A stretch of DNA of 64,000 nucleotides from Candidatus Iainarchaeum sp. (GTDB lineage: Archaea > Micrarchaeota > Micrarchaeia > Burarchaeales > Fermentimicrarchaeaceae), in NCBI GenBank assembly GCA_028714235.1, contig JAQTMQ010000001.1, positions 10,218-74,217 on the forward strand, read 5' to 3'. Shown piece by piece: positions 47,189-57,462 of the stretch. The notes below the pieces were generated by a model that did no database searches, had not been told where the DNA came from, and saw nothing but the letters and a program-made list of their open reading frames with translations. Within the stretch, counting starts at the first letter, position 1. Each line of letters opens with the position of its first letter. The translations under genes and the position numbers were made by a program.

Positions 47189-47799
47189 GGCGCTTGCCCG
47201 CGTGGAGCAAAGACTTGCGGGGGAAGGCGGTCCTCGCGCTCATCATCCTGGGGAGCCTCGGGGGAATGCTGTTTGGCTACCTGCTCACCTACTACGTGCA
47301 GCTTTCCGAGACGAGCCTCGCGTGGTGGGTGTTCGTCCCGGACTGCCCGCTTTACGTGGGATTGTTCGCGGTCCTCGCATATTTCTCGCTTTTCGGGATA
47401 AGGAGCGACCTGTTCGGGCTCCTCGTGTCGGTCGGGTGCATGAAGTACGCGGCCTGGACGATGTTCGTGCTCGCGTTTTACGGCCCGCAGTATTACGCGA
47501 CTCCGGTGCTCGCGCTTGAAAGCACCCTCCTTTTCGTGATGCACGTTGGGATGATGCTCGAGGGGCTCACGCTCCCGTTCAGGAACGTTTCGCGCGCCGG
47601 GGCCGCGCTCGTGCTCGCGTGGTTCCTGCTTAACGACTTAGTGGATTATTTCGGGCCGAACCTGCACCCGTACCTTCCCGCCGGGGCGGGCGTTTTCCCT
47701 CCGATGGCTTTCGCGTTCGCGTCCACCCTGTTTTTCACGGGCGCCGCGCTCTACCTGTGGCGGGAGGGAATCCGGGTGCGCGTGCCCGGGCTTTCGTGA
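47185..47799 (+). CDS. Integral membrane protein, hypothetical
   Basis: 6 predicted TM helices. Confidence 0.5.
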   Translation: MRRLPAWSKDLRGKAVLALIILGSLGGMLFGYLLTYYVQLSETSLAWWVFVPDCPLYVGLFAVLAYFSLFGIRSDLFGLLVSVGCMKYAAWTMFVLAFYGPQYYATPVLALESTLLFVMHVGMMLEGLTLPFRNVSRAGAALVLAWFLLNDLVDYFGPNLHPYLPAGAGVFPPMAFAFASTLFFTGAALYLWREGIRVRVPGLS

Positions 47800-47857
47800 G
47801 CCGCGGCCCGGCCGCCGCCAGATTGTATTTAAAGTCAGCGCGGGCAAACGTTTCCGC

Positions 47858-50017
47858 GTGGCAGAAAAGGATTTTGCGCTTCTCAAGGTGCAGGAGGCCC
47901 TCCAGGGGGACGTGGGGAAGGGCATCGCCCGCATCAGCGACAAGACGATGGCGGCGCTCGGCGTGGAAACCGGCGACGTCGTCGAGCTCAAGGGGAACGG
48001 CGGCAAGCTCGCCGCGGCAATCGCGTGGCGCTCCCGCGCAGAGGACGAGGCGAGGGAGTGCGTGCGGCTCGACGGCACCCTGAGGCACAATTCCGGCTCG
48101 AGCATTGACGAGGAGGTGCGCGTCCGGAAGGCGGACGTGAAGCCGGCGCGCGAGGTGCGGCTCGCGCCGCTGCAGGACGTTTCCTTCAAGCCGGATTTCA
48201 TCCCCTACCTGCAGGAGAGGATGCTGAACTGGCCCGTTGCCCAGGGCAACAGCGTGATAATAGACTTGATGGGGCGCGCGCTCGCGTTCGCGGTCACGCA
48301 CACGGCGCCCAAGGGGGTCGTGCAGGTCGCGCCGGGGACGAAGCTTTCCGTTTCCGGGAAGCCGGTGAAGGAGGCGGCATCCGTCGGCGTCAGGTACGAG
48401 GACATCGGGGGCCTGAAGGAGGAGACGGACGCCATCCGGGAGATGGTTGAAATCCCTATCAAGCACCCGGAGGTGTTCAAGCGGCTCGGCATCTCGCCGC
48501 CCAAGGGCGTGCTCCTGAAGGGGCCGCCGGGCTGCGGCAAGACGCTGCTCGCGAAGGCGGTCGCAAGCGAAAGCGACGCGCACTTCGCCGTGCTGAACGG
48601 CCCGGAAATCGTTTCCAAGTTTTACGGTCAAAGCGAGGAGAACCTGCGCAAGGTTTTCGAGGAGGCGGAGGGGAACGCGCCCTCAATCGTTTTCATGGAC
48701 GAGATTGACGCGATAGCCCCCAAGCGCGAGGAGGCGGGAGGCGAGGCGGAGAGGAGGATCGTGTCGCAGCTCCTCACCTTGATGGACGGGCTTGAGGCGC
48801 GCGGCGACGTGATAGTGCTTGCGGCGACGAACCGGGCGGATTCGCTTGACCCGGCGCTCAGGAGGCCGGGAAGGTTCGACCGCGAAATCGAGATTGGCGT
48901 GCCGGACCGGAACGCGCGCAGGGAGATTTTCCAGATTCACACGCGGGGGATGCCGCTTGCGAAAAGCGTCCGGCTCTCGGAATTCGTTGACGTGACGCAC
49001 GGCTTCACCGGGGCGGACGTCGCCGCGCTTTGCAGGGAGGCGGCGATGAGGTCGCTGCGGCGCGCGCTTCCGGACGTGAGGCGGATTGGCGAGGGCGTGA
49101 TTTCCAGGGACGTGCTTGAGAGGCTCGCAATCGAGCGCGCCGACTTCGTGGATGCGCTCAGGAAGGTGGAGCCGAGCGCGATGCGCGAGGTGAACGTGGA
49201 GGTGCCGAGGACGCATTGGGACGACGTCGGCGGCCTCGAGGACGTGAAGGAGGCGCTCAGGGAGGCCGTTGAGTGGCCGATGAAATACGCGGAGACGTTT
49301 GAGAGGATTGGCGCGTCTCCCCCGAAAGGGATACTGATTGCCGGGCCTCCGGGAACCGGGAAGACGCTTCTCGCGCGCGCGGTCGCGACCGAGTCCAACG
49401 CGAACTTCATTCCGGTGAAGGGCCCGGAATTCCTGTCCAAATGGGTGGGGGAAAGCGAGCGCGCGGTGCGCGAGGTGTTCAGGAAGGCGCGCCAGGTCTC
49501 CCCGTGCATACTGTTCTTCGACGAGCTGGATTCGCTTGCCCCGAGGAGGGGAAGCGACCGCTCCTCCGGCGTCGCGTCGAGAATCGTGGACCAGCTTCTC
49601 GTCGAGCTTGACGGCCTCGAGGAGCTGAACCGCGTGGTCGTGGTCGCGGCGACGAACCGCCTAGACCTCGTTGACCCCGGGCTCCTCAGGCCCGGAAGGT
49701 TTGACCGGATTGTTTTCACGAGGCTTCCGGACAGGAAGGCGAGGAAAGAAATCTTCTGGGCGCGCACGAAGCGGATGCCGCTTGCAAAAGACGTTTCGCT
49801 TGACGCGCTTGCCGAGGCGACGGAAGGGTTTTCCGGCGCCGACATTTCCGCCGCCTGCAAGGACGCCGGGCTTTCCGCAATCAGGGAGGACAAGAGCGCG
49901 CGCGAGGTCGCGATGAGGCATTTCTCGCTTGCGCTTTCAAGAATCAGGCCGAGCGTGAAAGGCGGGGAAGCCGCGGAATGGAGGAGGCGCGCGGGCGCCG
50001 CCGATAAAGGGTTATAA
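47858..50017 (+). CDS. cdc48: CDC48/VCP-like AAA+ ATPase (two AAA domains)
   Basis: N-domain plus two Walker A sites ([16 protein letters not shown]) and second-region-of-homology motifs. Confidence 0.9.
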   Translation: MAEKDFALLKVQEALQGDVGKGIARISDKTMAALGVETGDVVELKGNGGKLAAAIAWRSRAEDEARECVRLDGTLRHNSGSSIDEEVRVRKADVKPAREVRLAPLQDVSFKPDFIPYLQERMLNWPVAQGNSVIIDLMGRALAFAVTHTAPKGVVQVAPGTKLSVSGKPVKEAASVGVRYEDIGGLKEETDAIREMVEIPIKHPEVFKRLGISPPKGVLLKGPPGCGKTLLAKAVASESDAHFAVLNGPEIVSKFYGQSEENLRKVFEEAEGNAPSIVFMDEIDAIAPKREEAGGEAERRIVSQLLTLMDGLEARGDVIVLAATNRADSLDPALRRPGRFDREIEIGVPDRNARREIFQIHTRGMPLAKSVRLSEFVDVTHGFTGADVAALCREAAMRSLRRALPDVRRIGEGVISRDVLERLAIERADFVDALRKVEPSAMREVNVEVPRTHWDDVGGLEDVKEALREAVEWPMKYAETFERIGASPPKGILIAGPPGTGKTLLARAVATESNANFIPVKGPEFLSKWVGESERAVREVFRKARQVSPCILFFDELDSLAPRRGSDRSSGVASRIVDQLLVELDGLEELNRVVVVAATNRLDLVDPGLLRPGRFDRIVFTRLPDRKARKEIFWARTKRMPLAKDVSLDALAEATEGFSGADISAACKDAGLSAIREDKSAREVAMRHFSLALSRIRPSVKGGEAAEWRRRAGAADKGL

Positions 50018-50018
50018 A
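50012..50018 (+). promoter_or_regulatory. TATA-box-like element (ttataaa) upstream of pilin-like paralog 2
   Basis: ~35 nt upstream of ATG 50053; same architecture as at 3843. Confidence 0.4.
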
Positions 50019-50052
50019 CGCGGAAAGCCAAACTGTTGGTGTGGGTGATGCG

Positions 50053-50547
50053 ATGAGGGCGCGCGGGCTTGGCCAGATTTCGCTTGAGTTCCTGATGACT
50101 TACGGCTGGGCCATAACCATCATGCTTGCCGTGGTCGCAATCCTCTTTTACCTGGGCGCCTTCAGCCCGCCAGCCCCCACTTTTTGCGAGATGCAGGCCG
50201 GGTTCGCGTGCAGGGGCTTCAAGATAACCGCGGCCGGGGGCGTGGCGACCATGACGCTCAACCTCATCCAGACGACGGGCCACCCTATATCGCTTAACAG
50301 GATCCTGTGCACCGCTAACGATGCGGACTACAACGATTCCTCCCATTACTCCAATTACACGGACCTGCGCGTCTACAGCGGCAACGTGGAACCGCTGAGC
50401 TTCCCGTGCTACAATTCGGCGTCAAGCCCGGTCTCGGTCCCGGGCACCGGGGACTACTTCCACGGAACGGTCTACATGCATTACACGGACGAGGAGACGA
50501 ACCTAGAGCACATGATGGTGGGACAGGTCGGCTACAAGGTCGAGTGA
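50053..50547 (+). CDS. Class III signal peptide (archaeal type IV pilin-like) protein, paralog 2
   Basis: MRARGLGQ|ISLEFLMTYGWAITIMLAVVAILFYLG; same LEFLMTYGWA core as paralog 1; Cys-containing C-terminal domain ending ...YKVE like paralog 1 (...YRVE). Confidence 0.6.
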   Translation: MRARGLGQISLEFLMTYGWAITIMLAVVAILFYLGAFSPPAPTFCEMQAGFACRGFKITAAGGVATMTLNLIQTTGHPISLNRILCTANDADYNDSSHYSNYTDLRVYSGNVEPLSFPCYNSASSPVSVPGTGDYFHGTVYMHYTDEETNLEHMMVGQVGYKVE

Positions 50548-50551
50548 GCTG

Positions 50552-51361
50552 GTGCGCTTGCATTCCTTCGATTTTTTGGCCCTTGCGAGAAGGGTTGCGG
50601 AAAAGGCGGTCAAGGCCGCGGCCCTTCCGGGCGGGAGGCGGAAGCTTTCGCGGAACCCGCTCGGGCAGACGACCATCCTCGCCGACAAGCGGATTGAGGA
50701 CGCGGCCGTTTCCGAGCTGCGCGCGTCCGGAATCCCGTGCGTGCTCGTCACCGAGGAGGCGGGCCTCGTCGGGATTTCGCGGAAGCCGGAATGGAAGTTC
50801 GTGCTTGACCCGCTTGACGGCTCCGAGAACTACAAGCGCGGCATGCCCCCGTACGCGCTCGGGCTCTGCTACGCGCCAATCCGGGGGAGGATGGGGGACG
50901 TGCGCGAGGCGTACGTGGCCGAGCTCACTGGCGGCGACGAGTTTTACGCGCGCAAGGGCAAAGGCGTCTTCCGGAACCGCGTGCGCGCGCACGCGTCCAA
51001 GGTGAAGTCGCTCGCGGACGCAATCGTCTCGCTCGACTTCAACGACGAAGAGGAGGGGAACCGGTTGTCCGCGGCGAAGAAGGCGGCGCTTTTGGAATGC
51101 TCGGATTACAGGCGCTTCGGGCCGGATTTGGTTGACATGTGCTATGCTGCCTGCGGCTCGCTTGACGGCTTCGCGGACGCAAGGAGGACGCTTTCCCTCG
51201 TGCACGCGAGCGGAATCGCAATCCTCTCGGAAACGTGCGTCGTTTCCGACGAGAAGGGGAAGCCGATTCGCTCCAAGCTCGAAGTCGGGGAATGCACCGC
51301 GGTCGTGGCCGCGGGAACAAGGGAGTTGCACGCGGAGCTCCTCTCCGCGCTCAAGAGATAG
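50552..51361 (+). CDS. suhB: Inositol monophosphatase family protein (IMPase/FBPase-like)
   Basis: DPLDGSENY and WKFVLDPLDG-type metal-binding motifs. Confidence 0.8.
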   Translation: MRLHSFDFLALARRVAEKAVKAAALPGGRRKLSRNPLGQTTILADKRIEDAAVSELRASGIPCVLVTEEAGLVGISRKPEWKFVLDPLDGSENYKRGMPPYALGLCYAPIRGRMGDVREAYVAELTGGDEFYARKGKGVFRNRVRAHASKVKSLADAIVSLDFNDEEEGNRLSAAKKAALLECSDYRRFGPDLVDMCYAACGSLDGFADARRTLSLVHASGIAILSETCVVSDEKGKPIRSKLEVGECTAVVAAGTRELHAELLSALKR

Positions 51362-51367
51362 GCATGG

Positions 51368-52012
51368 GTGGTTTTCATGGTCGTCAAGTCTTCGCTTCCC
51401 GGCCCGGCGGAACAAATCGGCGTGAAGCTCGGGATACTTTTCTCCCACCTCCCGGTCTCGCCCAACCAGTGGACCGTGATATCCATAATTCCCGCGATAC
51501 TCGGGTTCGTTGCGCTCGCGTTCTACCACGACATGACTCTCGGCCTCCTGCTTTTCGTCCTGTCCGCGCTGCTTGACGCGGTTGACGGCGGCGTCGCGCG
51601 CGTCACCGGAAGCGTGTCCAACCTTGGCGCGTACCTTGACGGCATGGCCGACCGCCTCGTGGAAGGCTTCCTGTTCTTCGGCCTGATGTTTTTCGGGCTT
51701 CCGGACACCATACTGCTCGGCCTCGCGATTCCCATGTGGGCGTGGATTGCGCTCCTGCTTTTCGTCGGAACCGGGCTCGTGAGCTTCTCGCGCGCGTACG
51801 CGGACCACAGGAAAGTGGTTACAGACGCGAAGAAGCTGAAGGCGATGGGCGGCATCCTAGAGCGCGCCGAGCGCCTCGTCCTCGTTTTCGCGGGCATGGC
51901 CCTGTTCCGCTTCAGCCCGGCTTACCTTAACGGCGCGATAATACTCGCCGGCGCGCTTTCACTCGTGACCCTCGCGCAGAGGGTCTGGTTCGTGGTGCGG
52001 AATGCCGAATGA
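51368..52012 (+). CDS. CDP-alcohol phosphatidyltransferase (candidate archaetidylinositol-phosphate synthase)
   Basis: D-G-x2-A-R-x8-G-x3-D-x3-D motif (DAVDGGVARVTGSVSNLGAYLDGMAD); multi-TM; adjacent to IMPase. Confidence 0.75.
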   Translation: MVFMVVKSSLPGPAEQIGVKLGILFSHLPVSPNQWTVISIIPAILGFVALAFYHDMTLGLLLFVLSALLDAVDGGVARVTGSVSNLGAYLDGMADRLVEGFLFFGLMFFGLPDTILLGLAIPMWAWIALLLFVGTGLVSFSRAYADHRKVVTDAKKLKAMGGILERAERLVLVFAGMALFRFSPAYLNGAIILAGALSLVTLAQRVWFVVRNAE

Positions 52013-52709
52013 ACGCCGCTTAAGCAGGTTTGACCTGCACGCGCACACGCGGGCGTCGCCCGACTCCTGGATTGAGCCGCGCGAACTCGCAAGGATAGCG
52101 AAGGGGAAGGGCCTCGCCGGCGTCGCGGTCACGGACCACTCGAGCGTTTCCGGGTGGGAAGAGGCCGTCGCTGGGGCGGAAGGGCTCGGCGTGCTCGTGA
52201 TTCGCGGCGAGGAGGTCGGCGTCAAGCCCGCGGGAAGGACCGTCGGGGAGATACTCGGCCTGTTCATGAACGAAAGGGTTGACGGCAACGGGAAAAGCGC
52301 CTCCGAAATAATCGACGACCTGAAGAGGCAGGACGCGGTCGTCGTGCTGCCCCACCCGTTCGACCCGTGGCGGAAGGTCCTGCCCGAAGGCGAGCTCCGC
52401 GAAATCGCGGTGAAGGCGGACGCGGTCGAGGTCTTCAACGCGCGCGCGCTGATGCCGTCGTACAACGAGAAGGCGAAGGAGTTCGCGCGCGAGCTCGGGC
52501 TTTCCGAAACCGGCGGAAGCGACGCCCACGCGGCCCGGGAGGTCGGGGCGGCTTACACGTCCGCCGACGCCTGCGACGAGGAGGGGCTCAGGAAGGCGCT
52601 GAAGAGCGGGGAAACGCGGGCGGGCGGCCGCCTGCACAACTTCCTGTTCGCGCGCGGCGCCGCAATGCTCGCGAAGGCGAGAAGCAGGGTTTTCGGGAAA
52701 AGGAAATGA
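52002..52709 (+). CDS. PHP-domain metal-dependent phosphoesterase
   Basis: N-terminal DLHAHT histidine motif and PHP fold pattern. Confidence 0.7.
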   Translation: MPNERRLSRFDLHAHTRASPDSWIEPRELARIAKGKGLAGVAVTDHSSVSGWEEAVAGAEGLGVLVIRGEEVGVKPAGRTVGEILGLFMNERVDGNGKSASEIIDDLKRQDAVVVLPHPFDPWRKVLPEGELREIAVKADAVEVFNARALMPSYNEKAKEFARELGLSETGGSDAHAAREVGAAYTSADACDEEGLRKALKSGETRAGGRLHNFLFARGAAMLAKARSRVFGKRK

Positions 52710-52720
52710 GCCGAAGCGCG

Positions 52721-53674
52721 CTATGCCGCCCTCCTCACCAAAAGCCTTCCCTTCGGGGTCGCCCTGTAGAAAACGTATTTTTTCCCTTCGCGCTCGATTT
52801 TTTCCACGAGCTTCGCGTCAATCAGCCGGTCAAGGTGCTCGACTACGGTCGCCTTGCTCTTTCCGACTCTCGCGCTCAGGTCCGTGGGCGTGAGGTCGCG
52901 CTGCACGAGCTCGCGCATCAAGTCCATCCGCGTGGAAGACGAGAGCGCGCGGTGCATGTCCGTGTCGTCCTCGAGGTCGAAGGCGGAGCCCGGCCTGCGC
53001 GCCATCACCGTGAACACCACGAAGGCGGCGAGGACCGCGCCGAGAAGCGCGAGCGGAACCGCGCCGGAAAGGAAGCCGGCAATGCCAGCGTCCTGCGCCG
53101 GCGTGCCGCCAGGGGCCGGCGCCGCCGGCCCCGCTGCAAGCGTCCCTTCCCCGGAAGGCGCGTCCTTGTCCTGGGAGGCCGACTCCTGCGCGCCCCCGGC
53201 CAAATCGTTCGGGGCGTTCGCGTACGCCGCGGCCGAAGCGCACCTGGGCTTGGGCAGCTCCGCGCATGCCTGCGTCTTGTCGCTTGACGCGTCCAGAAGG
53301 TAGCCGGCGAACCCGTTGTTGTACGCGACTGCGCCATAATAGCTGCAGTCGTCCGGGTTCGCGTTGGTCGCCTGCGCCGACGCAAGGAAGGACTCGTACT
53401 CGTGCGGCGTCATCCTGTTTGCCGAGTAGCCGATGGAAACGAAGCCGGCAACCGCCGACTTCTCGGAGTCTGTCAGGTTTAGGCCTGTCCAGGCCGAGCC
53501 GTAACGCGCCGCCATCCGGCTGTCCAGCTCCTGAATCGTCAACGCTGCGCCTCCGAACCATTCCGTTGCTGCCGAAAAGTTTTTTTCGCCTACCGTTATT
53601 ACCGGCGCGGTCACGCAGGCGAACGCCGCTCCAGCCAAGAGCAGCGCGGCAAGCATCACGTGGGAACGGTTCAT
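52721..53674 (-). CDS. Membrane-tethered transcription regulator: signal peptide, extracellular domain, TM helix, cytoplasmic winged-helix HTH
   Basis: Start at internal MNRSHVMLAALLLAGAAFA; TM at GIAGFLSGAVPLALLGAVLAAFVVFTVM; C-terminal ArsR-like wHTH (MRELVQRDLTPTDLSARVGKSKATVVEHLDRLIDAKLVEK). Confidence 0.55.
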   Translation of the reverse strand: MNRSHVMLAALLLAGAAFACVTAPVITVGEKNFSAATEWFGGAALTIQELDSRMAARYGSAWTGLNLTDSEKSAVAGFVSIGYSANRMTPHEYESFLASAQATNANPDDCSYYGAVAYNNGFAGYLLDASSDKTQACAELPKPRCASAAAYANAPNDLAGGAQESASQDKDAPSGEGTLAAGPAAPAPGGTPAQDAGIAGFLSGAVPLALLGAVLAAFVVFTVMARRPGSAFDLEDDTDMHRALSSSTRMDLMRELVQRDLTPTDLSARVGKSKATVVEHLDRLIDAKLVEKIEREGKKYVFYRATPKGRLLVRRAA

Positions 53675-53817
53675 GGTTTGGTTTATGTGCAGAACGGCCA
53701 AATAAGACTTTTCCTGTTTTGTTCGGCGCAAGCCGAACCAAGCCGGCCTTTCGGCGCGGGGCGCCGCGCGGCGCGGCTTTGCGCGCGCTTTTTTAACCGC
53801 CGGCTCGAAAACCTGCC

Positions 53818-55380
53818 GTGGAAGCGGGAATCGTTGACGCCTCGAAGCTCGAGCCCAGGGAATACCAGTCAAGGATAGCTGAGAGCGTGATTGCGGACGG
53901 CAACTCGCTCGTCATACTGCCCACGGGCCTCGGGAAGACCATCGTCGCGCTTCTCGTGATTGCGGACAAGCTATCTAAGGGGAGGAAGGCGCTTTTTCTC
54001 GCGCCCACGCGGCCGCTTTCCGAGCAGCACCACAAGAGCATGAGGTCGCTCCTCAAAATCCCGCCCGAGCGGGTGGTGCTGCTGACGGGGAGCACGCCAG
54101 CCGCGAAGAGGCCGGCGCTCTGGAAGGACGCGCTGGTAGTGTGCGCGACGCCGCAGACGATAGAGAACGACCTGCAGGCCGGAAGGATTTCGCTCGACGG
54201 CTTCGGGCTTTGCGTGGTGGACGAATGCCACCGCTCCGTGAAAAAATACGCTTACACGTCCGTCACCGGCGAATGCCTTGGCAAGGGGGTCCAGCTCCTC
54301 GGGCTCACCGCTTCCCCCGGAGGGAAAAGGGAGAGGATTGAGGAGGTGACGCAGGCGCTCGGCATCGAGAACATCCAGATTCGCACCGAAACCGACCCCG
54401 ACGTGGCGCCGTACGTGAAAAAGGTCGCCGTGACCTGGGTTGAGGTGAAGCTTCCCCAGGAATTCAGCGACCTGAAGGGAAAGCTTGAAGTGGTCGTGAG
54501 CGAGCGGCTTTCCCCCCTGCACGGCATGCGCCTGGTTGGCACGACGAGCCCCCGCATACCGAGAAGGGCGATACTTGACGCAGGGAAGCGGCTGATGGCG
54601 TTGCCCGACTCGAACAAGCTGAAGTTCGTCATGCTCTCGCATTACGCGACCTCGATGAACCTCGCGCACGCGCTCGAGCTGCTTGAAACCCAGGGGCTTT
54701 CCGCCTTCCTCGCGTTCTTCAGGAAGCTTGAGGCGCGCGAGCCGAGAAGCAAGGCGGTGAAAAGGATTCTGGAGGACCGGAGAATCAGGGAGATTCTGCG
54801 CGAGGCAGGGGAGCTCGCGCCGAAAATCGAGCACCCGAAGCTCGCCAAGCTCGTCGAAATCCTGAAGTCGCGGCCCGACCAGAAAATAATCGTGTTCGTC
54901 CAGTTCCGCGACCAGATTACGCGCGTGGTCCAGGAGCTTGACAAGAACGGGATTCCGGCGCGCCAATTCGTCGGCAAGCGCGAGGGCGTGAAGCTCCGGG
55001 ACCAGAAGCTTGCCATCGCCGAGTTCAGGGAAGGCAGGTTCAACGTTTTGGTCGCAAGCTCGATTGGCGAGGAGGGACTCGACGTCCCGAGCGTTGACAC
55101 GGTGGTTTTCTACGAGCCGGTGCCGAGCGAAATCCGCCTCATCCAGCGCCGGGGAAGGGCGGGGCGCGCGAAAAGCGGGGAAGTCATCTTCCTTATAACC
55201 AAGGGCACGCGTGACGAGGCGTACAACTACGCGTCGCGCTCCAGGGAAGCGAAAATGAGGTCGATAGTGCGGGGAATGCAGGCCAGGAAGCCCGGGGAGC
55301 CGGCGAAGCCCGCCCCGCGGCCCGCGAAACCCGGGCAAAGAATGAAGCCCGGGCAGGCGAGGATGCCGGATTTCGTCTGA
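53818..55380 (+). CDS. Hef/FANCM-like superfamily 2 helicase (helicase core only, no nuclease domain)
   Basis: Motif I PTGLGKT, DECH box, motif VI QRRGRAGR; C-terminal basic P/K-rich tail. Confidence 0.75.
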   Translation: MEAGIVDASKLEPREYQSRIAESVIADGNSLVILPTGLGKTIVALLVIADKLSKGRKALFLAPTRPLSEQHHKSMRSLLKIPPERVVLLTGSTPAAKRPALWKDALVVCATPQTIENDLQAGRISLDGFGLCVVDECHRSVKKYAYTSVTGECLGKGVQLLGLTASPGGKRERIEEVTQALGIENIQIRTETDPDVAPYVKKVAVTWVEVKLPQEFSDLKGKLEVVVSERLSPLHGMRLVGTTSPRIPRRAILDAGKRLMALPDSNKLKFVMLSHYATSMNLAHALELLETQGLSAFLAFFRKLEAREPRSKAVKRILEDRRIREILREAGELAPKIEHPKLAKLVEILKSRPDQKIIVFVQFRDQITRVVQELDKNGIPARQFVGKREGVKLRDQKLAIAEFREGRFNVLVASSIGEEGLDVPSVDTVVFYEPVPSEIRLIQRRGRAGRAKSGEVIFLITKGTRDEAYNYASRSREAKMRSIVRGMQARKPGEPAKPAPRPAKPGQRMKPGQARMPDFV

Positions 55381-55385
55381 CTGAA

Positions 55386-56180
55386 GTGATGGTTATGGAC
55401 GACTGGGAAAGGAAGTGGCTCGCGTACAAACGCGTTCTCCGAGAATCCGACGTGGTAGTGCAGGTGGTGGACGCGCGCGACCCCAAGGGCACGCTTTCCC
55501 GCGAGCTCACGCGCTACAAGAGCAAGATGGTGGTCGCGGCAAACAAGGTTGACCTCGCCGGACCGGGCGCCCGCCGGCAAATCGCGGAACTTCTCCCCCG
55601 CCACCGCGTCGCCTTCACCTCGTGGAAGACGGGCGAAGGAATCCAGGCGCTGCTGCGCGCCATCCGGGACGCGGCGAAAACCGAGAAGCCGCGCGTCGCG
55701 TTCGTCGGCTACCCCAACGTGGGCAAGTCGTCGCTCATGAACCGGATTGCCGGGAAAAAAATCGTGCGCGTGTCCCCGCTGCCCGGCGAAACGCGGGGAG
55801 TGCAATGGGTGTCCCTTCCCTTCATGTTCCTCGTTGACACGCCCGGGGTCGTGCCCCGGACGGAGAAGAGCGGGAAAGGGCTTGCGCTGAAAGGCGCGGT
55901 CCGCGCCGACAGGATTCCGGACCCGGAGCCGATTGCCGAGGAAATCCTCGCGCGCTTCCTCAAGGCCAGGCCCGCGTCCGTGAAGGAGTGCTACGGGATT
56001 CCGGCAGGCCGGGAATCCGACCCGGCAAGGATGCTTGAAAAAATCGCTTTCAGGCGCGGGCGGCTCCTGAAGGGAGGAGAGCCCGACCTCTACGAGGCCG
56101 CTAAGACGGTGATTCGTGACTACCAGCGCGGGCGGCTTTGCCTCGCCCCAAAGAAAACGGGTTCAGGACGCCTTCCCTGA
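55386..56180 (+). CDS. Circularly permuted GTPase (Nog2/Lsg1-like ribosome-biogenesis GTPase)
   Basis: G4 (NKVDL) precedes G1 (GYPNVGKSS) and G3 (DTPG). Confidence 0.75.
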   Translation: MMVMDDWERKWLAYKRVLRESDVVVQVVDARDPKGTLSRELTRYKSKMVVAANKVDLAGPGARRQIAELLPRHRVAFTSWKTGEGIQALLRAIRDAAKTEKPRVAFVGYPNVGKSSLMNRIAGKKIVRVSPLPGETRGVQWVSLPFMFLVDTPGVVPRTEKSGKGLALKGAVRADRIPDPEPIAEEILARFLKARPASVKECYGIPAGRESDPARMLEKIAFRRGRLLKGGEPDLYEAAKTVIRDYQRGRLCLAPKKTGSGRLP

Positions 56181-56513
56181 AAGGCCTGCCCCGCACCGCG
56201 CGCAAAAGTTCGCGGCCGCCGCGTTCAGCGCGCCGCACTTCCCGCACTTGAGGACGCTTTTCCCGAAAACGGATGCGAGTTCGTCCAGGTTCTCCACCCT
56301 GACCTCGACGTCGGAAAACGAGGCGTCGAGCACCATCCAGATGCCGGTGAAAAGGAAGATTAGCCCGGAGCCGAGCATCCCGAGGTCCATGAGCCCCCCG
56401 AACGAGCGGAACATGAACGAGATGCCGGAAAAAAGCGTGACGAAAAGCCCCACCACTATGAGCATGATGCCGACCACGACTTTTGTCGCGCCGGCCGAAG
56501 ACCTCCTCATCAT
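56163..56513 (-). CDS. Membrane protein with C-terminal zinc ribbon
   Basis: Two TM helices then CGKCG...CARCG. Confidence 0.4.
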   Translation of the reverse strand: MMRRSSAGATKVVVGIMLIVVGLFVTLFSGISFMFRSFGGLMDLGMLGSGLIFLFTGIWMVLDASFSDVEVRVENLDELASVFGKSVLKCGKCGALNAAAANFCARCGAGLSGKAS

Positions 56514-56785
56514 GCCAGCGCCACTCCTGAAAACAAGAATATCAGCAGCGTCCCGAGCGCGCCGAGCCCGAACAGCGCAATCGAAACGATGACGGGCGTG
56601 GTGAGCGGGATTTTCACGCCCACGAAACCCAGGACAATCAATGCGACGAGCCCCACAATCGAGTTCGCGAGAATCGCGCCGATGAACCTGAAGGCGTGCC
56701 GCACGACCGAGAAGAGGATGGCGAGGAACAAAATCGCGGCCACAATGAAGACTGCCGCCGCAATCGCGATGGTTAACGGGTCCAT
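56510..56785 (-). CDS. Small integral membrane protein
   Basis: Three TM helices; overlaps start of previous gene by 4 nt. Confidence 0.4.
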   Translation of the reverse strand: MDPLTIAIAAAVFIVAAILFLAILFSVVRHAFRFIGAILANSIVGLVALIVLGFVGVKIPLTTPVIVSIALFGLGALGTLLIFLFSGVALA

Positions 56786-57243
56786 GAATAACCGTTTTGC
56801 CGCGCGCTATTTAAATACTTCGCCTGCCCGAAATTACGCCGGGCGGGAGGCCGCGGCTCACGCTTCGGGCTTGCCCCGAAGTGAGGAAGTTCTGCCCGCC
56901 ACTGGAAACGCCGTTTCCGCGCTTAAGGCGCGGGAGGGGAACAGAAACGACACCCGGAAACGCTTCAAGGGATGACGCTTCGGCGGACTTGCGTTCCCCG
57001 GGATGAAACGCGCCCCTCCGGGCGGCAGGCGAAAGCCTGCGTGGCGCAAGGCCGGTTTCGGCCGCTTAGTAAAATGCCGCACAAACAAAAGGCAGGCTAT
57101 GGCCTCCCACCCACACAACCCTTTTCCGATGCTCGGTCGCTCGCAGCCGGAAGGGCTCGCTACCCTCGCATATCGCAAAAGCGTTGACGGAAAAGGCGGC
57201 AACGCAACTGTATTAAAATCAAGCCTTCAGAAGTAATGCTCGC

Positions 57244-57413
57244 GCCATGGTAACTCAGCCTGGTTAGAGTGCCAGACTCATAAGCCCAGCTTTTTGAGTG
57301 ATGAGCCGCTTCATGCGGCGATGATAAGAAGCGAGTGTCAAAAGTTGAGCGGGCGTGGGCCCGCTCGCTGCGGTGCACTCTGGAAGTCGAGGGTTCAAAT
57401 CCCTCCCATGGCA
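57244..57413 (+). tRNA. Elongator tRNA-Met (anticodon CAT) with ~97-nt intron
   Basis: Manual fold: acceptor gccatgg/ccatggc, D-arm actc-...-gagt, anticodon arm ccaga-ctCATaa[intron]-tctgg, T-arm gaggg-ttcaaat-ccctc; intron contains GTGATGA (C-box-like) and GATGAT motifs plus two hairpins. Confidence 0.7.
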
Positions 57414-57462
57414 TAAGGCCGCTGATTTGAATAAATAGTGTGAATTGCGCGTATTCCGGCTT

